DNA from: Eledone cirrhosa
Taxonomy: Eukaryota
Assembly: GCA_964016885.1 (NCBI GenBank)
Contig: OZ024747.1
Span: 20,584,001 to 20,648,000 of the forward strand
Direction of reading: 5' to 3'
Length of the DNA: 64,000 bases
Positions 1-10,779 of the stretch are shown here, piece by piece; position 1 is the stretch's first letter; the number at the start of each line of letters is the position of its first letter. The notes beneath the pieces were generated by a model, which was not told the origin of the DNA, made no database searches, and saw only the letters and a program-made list of their open reading frames with translations. Made by a program: the position numbers and the translations under genes.

Positions 1-271
1 CAGTGAATATGGATATACAGTCAAGGTTTGAGGGAAATAGAACATTTATGGTGATCTAAAGCGCAATTACGTACATTGTATCCAGATTATAGATTTTCTA
101 TTTGCACCTATTATCATAGATCCAATGGTCTTACATAAAAGCCTAGAAATGCTAAAAGATTCTACGTAAGAACAAAGAAAACTGTCACAAGATTCACATC
201 CATTCGTTTAGTAGTACTATATTTTAGATTTGTAAAACATTGCAAATATTGTTTTGAGTTTCTGGAAATGA

Positions 272-286
272 ACACACACACACACA

Positions 287-373
<87 letters not shown>
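272..373. repeat. (CA)n microsatellite
   Basis: Direct reading; explains ORFs 162..374, 224..421, 268..510. Confidence 0.97.
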
Positions 374-374
<1 letters not shown>

Positions 375-698
375 TCATTTACTAAAGCATGGGTTTTCCC
401 GTAACATGAAGGGAAGTTCAAAAAGTATGTCTACATATACACTTAAATATACATACACATTGACTCAATTACATAATTCCAAATCGCTGAAGCGGTTTTC
501 ATTCAAATAAAAATGTATTTTAACCATGGTAGCGAGTAGCTTCAATTGTGTGAAAAAAAAATTAAATAAATCTGAAAGAAAGTAATACAATCTAGAATTA
601 AACTGTTTAAATATACACCCAGTAAGTTGTAGAATTGTCATGTCAACATACAGAATTTTCAGTGATTATTAAACTATCAAGATCGATACATTGAATTT

Positions 699-845
699 GG
701 ACGGCAAATTGGCAGAGTTCTCTGACGGACGAATAAAAACTTTTACGGTATTCGGCTTGACTCTCTCCGCCCAGTGAGTTCAAATCCCACCCCTGTCGAC
801 TTTGCCTTTTATCCTTTCGAGGTCGATAAAAATGTTACCAGTTGA
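699..845 (+). mobile_element. Diverged tRNA-derived SINE, family A (OK-like octopus SINE)
   Basis: TGGCAGAGTT A-box-like, GAGTTCAAATCCC B-box-like, then GACTTTGCCTTTTATCCTTTCGAGGTCGATAAAA core shared with many other copies in the window. Confidence 0.7.
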
Positions 846-915
846 AAACTGAGGTTAACACTCCCACTGTGTCTTTTTCTTATTTGGTCTTCGTTTTAGT
901 CTTCTTCTTCGTCTT

Positions 916-919
<4 letters not shown>

Positions 920-1000
<81 letters not shown>
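920..1000. repeat. (CT)n microsatellite
   Basis: Direct reading. Confidence 0.97.
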
Positions 1001-1004
<4 letters not shown>

Positions 1005-1477
1005 ACCGCTCTCTCCTTCTCTGTAAAAAAAAATCGGTTATGTTCAAACCTGGAGAATTATGGGCACCCATCGGTATATGACAAGTGTCATTTCACGTCG
1101 ACACTCCTAAGACTCCATCACGATTTACGGTTTCATACATACTGAAACTCATTCTGTCATGTACACCCATTTACGACAATTATTTTTCTCATTGTTTATA
1201 TGCGTGTGAAAGTAATTATTATTTATATTCTATTTTTTTTTTTTCGTGTCTTTGATATTGGGTTATATTTATTTGAATCTGGAGTTTCAATTATGTTGCA
1301 AAATTTGATTTATTCCAGTACGTCTTTTAAAACAAAATACTTCCCATTCCATTTAGTTCCTCTTTAAATCCTTGTTTACGTCAATATAATCTCACATTTA
1401 CAAACACACGATAGGCACACATTCACATGTACATATATGCATACATAGAAACGTGTGTATATATACATATATATATA

Positions 1478-1704
<227 letters not shown>

Positions 1705-2057
1705 TTGTCTTCACGACACTCTTGATCGCTACGTTAGGTATCAAAACCCCTATATAGACATAAACGTTATTATGCTTTACTTAGGGACCATGTCATCAGA
1801 TGAATAGATAAGACGACTGACGTTACTTCGTATCTGATCCCGTAATATCAAAGAGAGTAAAGACGCTAATTATCTTATAGCTATTCAAGGGGTGTAACTC
1901 TTAAACCTCTCTAAGACAGTGTCACTGGACTGAGATCTTTGGCGCTACGCAGTAGCGAAACCTAGTCAGTAGCTACCTCTTAATCAAATATACACCCCCA
2001 TCTCACTGTGTTTAATTTGGTATGTATTCATATGTGTGTATATATATATATATATAC

Positions 2058-2243
2058 ATACTCCTGTGGGAGCCCCTACATGGACACACTAGGAGAGGAA
2101 GACCAAGGTTAACGTATGTTGATGCCCTAAGGACAGACACTGGTCTGTTGGAGACGCAGGACATGGCAGCGATAATGAGGGACAGAGACCGCTGGAGAGA
2201 ACTCGTCCATGGATCTCGGGAATTTTACCCGCCTTAGATAGAA

Positions 2244-2246
<3 letters not shown>
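2058..2246 (+). mobile_element. 3' end of RTE-clade LINE inserted in (TA)n
   Basis: Translates LLWEPLHGHTRRGRPRLTYVDALRTDTGL...MRDRDRWRELV, the typical RTE C-terminal RxRGRP/DRxxW signature; TA repeats on both sides. Confidence 0.8.
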
Positions 2247-2304
<58 letters not shown>

Positions 2305-2307
<3 letters not shown>

Positions 2308-3230
2308 TGTTAAAAGGTCTTGTGTATTTTATGAGGATATGTTTGTCATGTTGTAGTCAGGTCCTTTATTTTAGATGGGGTTGAGACCAACATAGTGGAT
2401 TAAACTGGGTATAATGTTTTATGTCTGGGCTTGTTATTTACCGTATTGGAAGAATATGTGATTTTAGAGGCGAAATACCTTGTTGTCAGGGATCATACAT
2501 ATATATACGTTTACGTGTTTGTTTTGCAAGTTTCTTGATATATAATTATTGAAACATAATAGTTAACGATATTTTAGTGTTTAAATGTATTCTGAGTGTT
2601 AAGTTTAGGCACATACCTTGTTTCACCATTGAAGCCATTATTTGTAGGTGACTTATTCTAGTAAGCGTGTTATCCTCATGAAATTTTTCCTGTGAATTTA
2701 GAGATCCTACAACTAATGTTTGGGACCGTTTTTTAACATATCTTAGTTTCTCATTAGCTTTGTAAGAATCTTTATAGGCACTTGTGGCTAAGCTAAGCTA
2801 ACATTTAGAAAATTGGCGTTGTTAAGATTGGTATGTATAGTAATTTTTAGTCCTAAGTTATTAAATATCTCAAATAGGTCCTTACGGAATATATCTCGTG
2901 AATGACAGTTGTGATTGTACGAGACTTACAATCCATTGTTGCAATATAGACCAATGGTGTTGTCGGAGAATTGTTTCTTAAGTGCATCAAGGATAAATAA
3001 TCAAACTAAGCCGTACACATCTGCGCTGTCATACTACAAGCATACTGTATCAAGTTAGACATTATCTAAGTGTCCCTCATCTTTAAATATGTAGGTTGAG
3101 AGAGTATTGTATGACCGGCATCGGCTTTAGCTGCAACTATATGTTAATGTAAGGTGGCCATGTTTTTCTGTTCTGTGGACGCCATATAGTTTTTCTATTT
3201 TTGATAGAATGAAATACGGCTAAATCCAAT
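2305..3230 (-). mobile_element. Highly decayed Penelope-like element RT (GLYRDDGL type, Naiad-like)
   Basis: Manual minus-strand translation gives YDSADVYGLV*LFIL (cf. YDGAEVCELVGLFIL), IGLYCNNGL (cf. GLYRDDGL), RKDLFEIFNNLGLKITIHTNLNNANFLNVSL (cf. KIFxxxGLKITIxxNLxxVNFLDVTL). Ends approximate. Confidence 0.75.
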
Positions 3231-3426
3231 ATAATTTTCAAATTTCACTCTACTAAACTAAACACCTGATCATTTACACGCACGCCAACCCACACACAAG
3301 AGAAAAAATGAAAGGAAAAAAAAAATATTTTTCTTCCTAATAATCGCCTTGTTCTCCCTATTTACATACACACACACATATATATATACAGTTGAAAATT
3401 GTAAACTTGACTGTCACCACACATTA

Positions 3427-3465
3427 TGAACCTGAAGATTGCGAAAGCATGAAAGTACTTGTTCA
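3427..3465 (+). ncRNA. Minimal type-I hammerhead ribozyme motif
   Basis: TGAAC-CTGAAGA-T-TGC(GAAA)GCA-T-GAAA-GTAC-TT-GTTCA: 5-bp stem I, GNRA-capped stem II, palindromic AAGTACTT stem III, triplet CUU. Confidence 0.75.
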
Positions 3466-3577
3466 ATTAATACTTAACATTTAATATTCTACCATACTAT
3501 TTCATTCTAATACGATTATAAATTTTAAAGGATTGTAAATAAAACGAGTAAATCAGACAAAGTTGGAATTCCTTTTA

Positions 3578-3634
<57 letters not shown>

Positions 3635-3645
3635 GCGTGTGTGTG

Positions 3646-3690
<45 letters not shown>

Positions 3691-3701
3691 AAATGTATAT
3701 A

Positions 3702-3915
3702 TATTGTTATACTTTGGGAGGGTCATGCTGGCAATAAAAACCCACGCACCTGTTGTTTTTCACTTCAATTTATTATAAATTTCAGGTTGATTGGTTGGTT
3801 CGATAACCGGATGGTTGTTTATATATTTTTAAAGCTCTTTCGTCACAAATTTAATTGAAACTAACAACTGCGTGCGTTTTTATTGGTAGTATGACCCTAC
3901 CAAAGTATAACAATA
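3702..3915. mobile_element. Two-ended insert with ~60-bp imperfect inverted termini next to (TA)n
   Basis: TATTGTTATACTTTGGGAGGGTCATGCTGGCAATAAAAACCCACGCA... versus ...TGCGTGCGTTTTTATTGGTAGTATGACCCTACCAAAGTATAACAATA; the same terminus recurs alone at ~45167-45188. Confidence 0.7.
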
Positions 3916-3975
3916 CCTGTTTCATAAACATACATTTTCAGATAAGATATCTTGCAAGACAAATTCAAAAAACAA

Positions 3976-4067
<92 letters not shown>

Positions 4068-4131
4068 CGTAAGATAAGAAAATTATAAAATTATAAAAAA
4101 ATTATGAAATTGACTTACTTACTAAAATATC

Positions 4132-4213
4132 ACTTCCAACTAATTAGTTTCTGGAATGGAGTAAATATATTTTCCGAAGAATATATCGAAAAGCATTCCG
4201 TCGTCAGGAAAGT
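4132..4213 (-). ncRNA. Type-I hammerhead ribozyme (monomer copy 1)
   Basis: Reverse complement of the 5050-5131 motif. Confidence 0.8.
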
Positions 4214-4673
4214 CTCTTTTCATGTAAGTTTCCAGGCATAGCGAGGACTCTGGAAACTTATTAAAAAATAATTCAGTGGAAAGGAAATAGCGAAGCGTGG
4301 ACTGAAATCCTAGTCATTGAGAAAATCACTGCCTCTACGTCTGTGGCAAATTCAAAAAGAATCAATCACGTGACATCGAGCTCAATCAGTGGAAAGCGAG
4401 TTGTTAATAAGACAACGGCCTGCCTACTACTATAGCAGCAGTCATGGCCAATATTGCTCGACAAATGAATTGGAGATAATTATAAAGAATTTATATCTAG
4501 TAACATTTATATACATACAGATGCATATCAATGCTAGCAAATATATAGGTTTTGTCTTAGTAACATTGTGGTTCAATGCATGGGGTTGCAGAACAATAAT
4601 ATGAGAAGACGTAAGATAAGAAAATTATAAAATTATAAAAAAATTATAAAATTGACTTACTTACTAAAATATC

Positions 4674-4755
4674 ACTTCCAACTAATTAGTTTCTGGAATG
4701 GAGTAAATATATTTTCCGAAGAATATATCGAAAAGCATTCCGTCGTCAGGAAAGT
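4674..4755 (-). ncRNA. Type-I hammerhead ribozyme (monomer copy 2)
   Basis: Same motif exactly 542 nt from copy 1. Confidence 0.8.
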
Positions 4756-5049
4756 CTCTTTTCATGTAAGTTTCCAGGCATAGCGAGGACTCTGGAAACT
4801 TATTAAAAAATAATTCAGTGGAAAGGAAATAGCGAAGCGTGGACTGAAATCCTAGCCATTGAGAAAATCACTGCCTCTACGTCTGTGGCAATTTCAAAAA
4901 GAATCAATCACGTGACATCGAGGTCAATCAGTGGAAAGCGAGTTGTTAATAATACAGCGGCCTGCCTACTACTATAGCAGCAGCCATGGCCAATATTGCT
5001 CGACAAAGTCCAGTGTCCTCGTTATGCCTGGAAACTTACATGAAAAGAG

Positions 5050-5131
5050 ACTTTCCTGACGACGGAATGCTTTTCCATATATTCTTCGGAAAATATATTT
5101 ACTCCATTCCAGAAACTAATTAGTTGGAAGT
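5050..5131 (+). ncRNA. Type-I hammerhead ribozyme (inverted copy)
   Basis: ACTTTC-CTGACGA-C-GGAATG...c(TTCG)g hairpin...CATTCC-A-GAAA-CTAATTAG-TT-GGAAGT: 6-bp stem I, extended stem II with cUUCGg loop, palindromic stem III AACTAATTAGTT, triplet GUU. Confidence 0.8.
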
Positions 5132-5331
5132 GATATTTTAGTAAGTAAGTCAATTTTATAATTTTTTTATAATTTTATAATTTTCTTATCTTACGTCTCT
5201 CATATTATTGTTCTGCAACCCCATGCATTGAACCACAATGTTACTAAGACAAAACCTATATATTTGCTAGCATTGATATGTATCTGTATGTATATAAATG
5301 TTACTAGATATGAATTCTTTTATATATATAT

Positions 5332-5416
<85 letters not shown>

Positions 5417-5422
<6 letters not shown>

Positions 5423-5520
5423 TAACAGATTAAAATTTAAGCAAAGAATCGCTGCTTTCACCCTTAACGGGATATTCTGAGACCTCTTTGGATTTTAGTC
5501 TTCACATTTATTATTATTAC
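5417..5520 (-). mobile_element. Short PLE terminal (pLTR-like) fragment in (TA)n
   Basis: 5417-5480 near-identical to 29647-29710, the 3' terminus of the minus-strand PLE; 5484-5520 matches 52540-52577 and 54734-54762 in inverse orientation. Confidence 0.65.
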
Positions 5521-5560
5521 TATATATATACATGGATAGATAGATAGATAGATAGATATA

Positions 5561-8500
5561 TTTCTTTTATTTGCCACTAGGGCATCAAAAGTGGGACAAG
5601 TACAAAGGGGGGAGTTTACACAAAAAGGCGTCCTCAATAAGGAGGAGGCAATAACAAAATATAAAAATAAAATAAGATATAACAAAAAATAAAATTTTTA
5701 ACAAAATCCTCAATAGAGAGGAGGCGCCTTGGGGGGTCGCACACACCCCCGAAAAAGGTGTGCAACCCTTCTCCTCAGGAGCACAGAGAAGGGGTGCTCC
5801 CTTGGTCTTTCATCTTCCTCACCTATAGTCTGATGTAGAGTGAAGGCCCATTCACACGGGCCATTCTCGCCACTTTCACCCATCTTTCATAGAAACGGCT
5901 GGGGTGCAGCACCTCTCTCTCCATCCTGATCCTTCTTCCGAAATGATATCGGAAGAAACGGACCAGTTGTTGGCCAGAGAGAAAGGTGCCCGACCTCAGT
6001 CCTTTCAGACGCGTCCACCATACAACCTCTTTCGCCATGGCTATTACGCACAGAAACACCGCCTCTGCTTCATCTTTGAAGGGGGGAGGCGGCTTGATCA
6101 TTACAATAGACTCGGTGGTCAACCGGATCGGTCCCACCCTTGACAGCAGTTGTTCGACATAGCCCCACAGATCGGCTACGCCCGAGCAGTGTACCAATGC
6201 GTGTGCAACGGTTTCCTCGTCGCACACGCATCTGGGACAGATCTTTTTGGCGGGGTCCCTACCCGGGCGCCCGTGTCTGTAGAGCCTTTCTCGAACGGGT
6301 AAAGCCCCTCGGTAGCACTGCCAGGCCAGGGACTTCTGGAAGTTGTCCATAGGTCCCGGGCTGAATGTCCTACCGAACAGGCTGGCCAGTTCGTCCTCCT
6401 CCATGTCTAGGGCTTCTCCGAGGGCGTCGTCGCACCTGCTGCGTACCAGCCCTCTATAGAATGTTGCGGTGGAGTCTCCACTGATAACCGGATCCGCCTG
6501 CCAGAGGGCGGTGAGCGCCTAGGCACACTCAGTGTGCCAGGCGCCCAGTTTTCTCGGTCTTTGCTTGACCCAGGATTGCAGCTCGGTGAGTGAGACGAGT
6601 CTGGGAAAGGTTCGTCTCACAAACGAGGCCCACACCGGTTGTCCGGTGAGGAATACGTAGAGGTGCCGTAGCCTTAATGCGTGTTTACGCATCATTAGCC
6701 ACGGCATCCCCAGCCCTCCTTTCGAAGGGTGTTGACAGCAGATGGATCTCCTCACCATAGGAGCCCGCCTCTTCCAAAGGAATTGGAAGAGCGCGCGCTC
6801 CATCCTGGTGAGGGTTTCCCTTGGGCAGGGCACTACGGTCAGTCGGTAGTAGATGACGGACGCTATGTAGGTGTTCGCCACCTCCGCCCGACCTTTCAGG
6901 GATAGTTTGCAACTGGCCCACTTCTGGGTCAGTGCAAACACCCTGTTCGTAACCTCCGCCCAGTTTTTCTCCACCTGGAGGTCCGGTCCGAACCAGACCC
7001 CGAGCAACTTCACCGGGCCCTCCGTCCAGCGTCCGGCGACGCCATCGGAGGGCATCGGTCTGCCCCTCCACGTGCCGAGTTGCAAACCGATCGACTTGTC
7101 CCGGTTCAGCTTAGCCCCTGTGAACTTTTCGTACTCCTCCAGTAAGGTGTCGACCGCCTCGATTTCGGAGGCCGTCGACACCATTACTGTCACGTCATCG
7201 GCGTAGGCCGACACCGCTTTCCGCAAACCCGGTTCCAACGGGATGCCCTGCAACAACTCCAGCTTCCGCAGTAGTGGCTCGAGAGTCAACACATACAGAA
7301 GGGAGGAGAGAGGGCACCCTTGTCGGATGGACCGCGCGATTTTGAACGGCTCCGAGAGGTAGCCGTTCACCTTGACCCTAGAGCAGATGCGGCTGCTGTG
7401 CATAGCAGTGATCCAGCCCCTGAAAACGGGTCCAAAGCCTGCCGCCGCTAGCACCGCATCCAGGTAACCATGGTCGACCCTATCGAACGCCTTAGATTGA
7501 TCCAAGTTGATCAGAGCCCCACCAAAGCCGGGTTCGTTCCCAACCCTCTCTATGATGTATCGCATGAGGTGGAGGTTGTCATGGATGGACCTGGACGGGA
7601 TAGCGCATGTCTGCGCATCTCCCACCAGGTTGCCCACGACAAGCGCCAACCTCTTTGCTAGCACCTTGGCCAAAATCTGTAACTCTGTATTTAGCAGAGT
7701 TATGGGCCTGAAGTTACTTATTTCGTCCCCCTTGTTCTCGTCCTTCCTCACTAGCGTGACTACGCCCTTGGTCACAGTACAGGGAATTCTCCCGTTCTGT
7801 TGCCAGTTGTAGTAGACCGCCTCGAGGAGATCGGGGAACAAGTCCGGCATAGCTAGATATAATTCGTAAGGAAGACCATCGAGACCCGGGGATTTGCGTT
7901 TGCCGCATTGGCTCAGCACGTCCTCTATCTCAGCGGCCGAAATCGGCTCCTCGCAGGACTTCGCCTCCCTGTCCGAGAGGCGCGGCAGGCCGTCGAGGTA
8001 TGGACCGAAGTCCACGTTCCCAACCGGCTCCCCGCCCCTCCCGAACAGTCGGGCAAAGTGCCTTTGAAAGGCCTCACACATCTGCTTAGGCTCAAGAATC
8101 GCCCGTCCATCCAGGTCTCGCAAAGACCGGATGGTGGATTTAGTTCCACTGTTGGCCTCTGTCACGCGGGCCCAGCTAACAGCTTTGGTCCCCTCGTTCC
8201 CTAGAGCACGTATTTTACTTCGGACAACGCAGCCTTCGTGCTTCGCGTCGAAAAACTGGCTCAAAGCCGTTCTCGACGCTAGCACTCTGGCCACGTCGCC
8301 GCTTCTAATTGCCTCTTCTACTCTATCTATTAGCTCCCTTTCCTTCCTATTCCTATCCGCAGCTAGAACCTTACTAAATTCTATCGAGACTACTCTAATC
8401 TCTCTCTTTAGAGATACCCACCACCTGCTGTTGACGATCGCTCCAGTCAACCGTTCCTTAACTAACGTACTAATCCGATTCCTGTAGGCTCTACTTGCCG

Positions 8501-9009
8501 GCAAGGACAAGTTGAGCTTCCAGTAACCGGGGCCCTGTCTATGAGTTCTGTCAAGGTTGACCATGCAGGTCACTAATTTGTGGTCTGAATAGCCAACCAT
8601 GCGCATTTTTGGACAACTTAAAAAGTCCTTATCCTTAATTCTAACTAAGAACCTATCTAGGTACGACCTAGATGATCCGCTACGATTTGCCCAAGTCCAG
8701 GTTGGCGCAGTCGGATAATCTAGTCGATATCTATCGGCCAGGTCAAATCGACCGATTAACCCTTTGAGGCTATTACACCCCTCTCTATCGGGGCAGGCCC
8801 CTACGTAGTCCCAGCGTGCATCTAGGATACCATTCCAGTCCCCCACTAATAGCAAGGAGCGGGATGTCCCTAGAAAAGTCTCCAGACGATGGAAGAAGTC
8901 CGGCCGCATTGACCCGAAAGGGCCGTAGGCGGCTACCAACCTAAACGCTCCGCCTTTACCACTGCCAAGGTCCAGAACCACTAGTCGACCCTCCGGGTCC
9001 AAATGTACC

Positions 9010-9010
<1 letters not shown>
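5561..9010 (-). mobile_element. L1/Tx1-clade non-LTR retrotransposon, 5'-truncated, in (GATA)n
   Basis: APE motifs (GDWNG, SYLDRF, SDHK), RT motifs (KSPGLDG, FRPITLLN, LDQSKAFDRV, IRQGCPLS, AYADD), C-terminal CPRC...ETVAHALVHC knuckle, AATAAA then (TATC)n at the 3' end; GC-rich. Confidence 0.95.
5823..9010 (-). pseudogene. ORF2 (endonuclease-RT-zinc knuckle) of the Tx1-like element, one internal stop
   Basis: ORFs 6519..9215 and 5823..6404 are in one frame, separated by a TAG at 6519-6521 and 38 open codons; element-derived coding starts at ~VHLDPEGR (9010). Confidence 0.9.
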
Positions 9011-9040
<30 letters not shown>

Positions 9041-9042
<2 letters not shown>

Positions 9043-9133
9043 TATTTCTTTATTAGCCACAGGGGCACAAAAGAAGGGGACAAATACAAAGGGGGAAGTT
9101 TACATACAATAAAAACGTGTAAAATGTTATCAC
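9041..9133 (-). mobile_element. 3'-end-only copy of a related Tx1 subfamily in the same (GATA)n tract
   Basis: TATATTTCTTTATTAGCCACAGGGGCACAAAAGAAGGGGACAAATACAAAGGGGGAAGTTTACA parallels 5557-5619; GATA repeats on both sides. Confidence 0.85.
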
Positions 9134-9206
<73 letters not shown>

Positions 9207-9722
9207 TATGTTCACTTCACTCTACTTGACAATATTCCTCAAGAGTTACAATTGGAAAAATTACACCACTAGTTGATTATACATGTAAATGTACTGCAAA
9301 ACTACACAATCTATACTAGTGGATATTATAAGAAATATCTAATTAAACTTACTATAAAGATTAATTACTGTTTAGTACATCAAGTGAACGCATCAGTGGA
9401 GATGAGCTGAGAAATATTATACGCATGCTCATTATTTATACAAGTGGGGCCAAAACAAATTTCCGGGAGAATAATGGAACGAGGTATTTATTTTCTATAT
9501 ATCGACGGAACGAAGGAAATGAACCGAAAAGAAAAAATGCATATATGTATTTTGTGAGTATGTAGCTATATGTCCGTATAAATAGATATTTCTCACACTC
9601 TCACCTCCAGCTCTTTCGCTCTCCCTTTCTCTTTGTATATACATATATATAAATGTGTGTGTGTGTGTGTTTGTGTGTGTGTACATATATATATATATGT
9701 AATATGTATATATGTACATATG

Positions 9723-9758
<36 letters not shown>

Positions 9759-9764
9759 TATATG

Positions 9765-9816
9765 CATGGCCTCAGTCGGATGGCTGAAACAGGTAAAAGA
9801 GTAAAAGAGTAAAAGA

Positions 9817-9818
<2 letters not shown>
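9765..9818 (+). mobile_element. Probable SINE 3' tail fragment
   Basis: GCATGGCCTCAGTCGGATGGCTGAAACAGGTAAAAGA with (GTAAAAGA)n tail, resembling a common octopus SINE end (from memory). Confidence 0.4.
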
Positions 9819-9874
<56 letters not shown>

Positions 9875-9929
9875 GTATTTATATATATATGTATATATGT
9901 ATTTATATATATGTATATGTATATGTATA

Positions 9930-9961
<32 letters not shown>

Positions 9962-10191
9962 CATATACAAACACGCATATTTATATATATATATATACAC
10001 ATGCACATATATTTATATATATATACATATATATATATTAATGGATTGTAACATTAAGTTGCTGTTGGTTCACCGAGCACTCTGATTCTAGAGTCAGACC
10101 GGAGCGATACGGATCACACATTCAGTTGATCATGCGCGAAACACACGTCACAGCTGAATAAACTTCATGATGATACTTTGACATCTCGTTG

Positions 10192-10254
<63 letters not shown>

Positions 10255-10255
<1 letters not shown>

Positions 10256-10458
10256 CAAAGGTATTGTGGTAAGGAACCAGATGGACCATAACGCACCAGA
10301 GTACTCAATACTTAGAGTAGTAGAGTGGGAAATAGGAAAAAGCATGACCCCGACGGCAGAGCTCAAGCCGTTTCGACGGCTATTTCTGGACTGAAGTAGT
10401 CCAGAAATAGCCGTCGAAAGGGCTTGAGCACTGCCGTCGGGGTCATAATTTTTTCCTA
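10255..10458. mobile_element. pLTR-like fragment with fold-back hairpin (family shared with 48303-48440 and 49932-50125)
   Basis: Inverted arms 10333-10458; shared TGTGGTAAGGAACCAG.TGGACCATAACGCACC..AGTACTCAATACTTAG.GTAGTAGAGTGGG; carries an HHR-like 3' half GAAA-CGGC...GCCG-TC. Confidence 0.75.
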
Positions 10459-10494
10459 TATATATATATATATAATGTATATCTACATATATAG

Positions 10495-10560
<66 letters not shown>

Positions 10561-10563
<3 letters not shown>

Positions 10564-10699
10564 CAATATATTAACAAATGGAAACTATATTTATAAAACC
10601 ATATTTATTCTATTATACATATTTCAAGGGCCTTGAAATATGTATAATAGAATAAATATGGTTTTATAAATATAGTTTCCATTTGTTAATATATTGTAT
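10561..10699. repeat. Perfect palindrome, 69-bp arms, 1-nt spacer, related to the 3' half of the HHR at 60144
   Basis: ATACAATATATTAAC...TTTCAAGG-G-CCTTGAAA...GTTAATATATTGTAT; right arm resembles 60189-60250. Confidence 0.85.
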
Positions 10700-10779
10700 A
10701 TTTACTCCACTAACTTGTTGAGTGCTTTATATCAGTTATAAAAATGTTTAAGCTTGTTGAATCCCAACAAATTAAATAT

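Larger units (their letters stand above)
4061..5320. mobile_element. Retrozyme-like non-coding element: 1.75 tandem copies of a 542-bp unit plus an inverted partial copy, in (TA)n
   Basis: Direct repeat 4061-4601 / 4602-5007 (period 542), inverted copy 5009-5320 of ~4484-4795, one HHR per copy, no credible ORF. Confidence 0.85.

Noticed and set aside
1925-1975. GCTAC-GCA-GTAGC-GAAAC-CTA-GTC hammerhead-like half
   Set aside because: 5' core is not CUGAnGA adjacent to stem II; at best a decayed relic.
9011-9215. N-terminal MNIYLSIYLS... part of the 898-aa ORF
   Set aside because: Read-through of (TATC)n and a second element's 3' UTR; not a real start.
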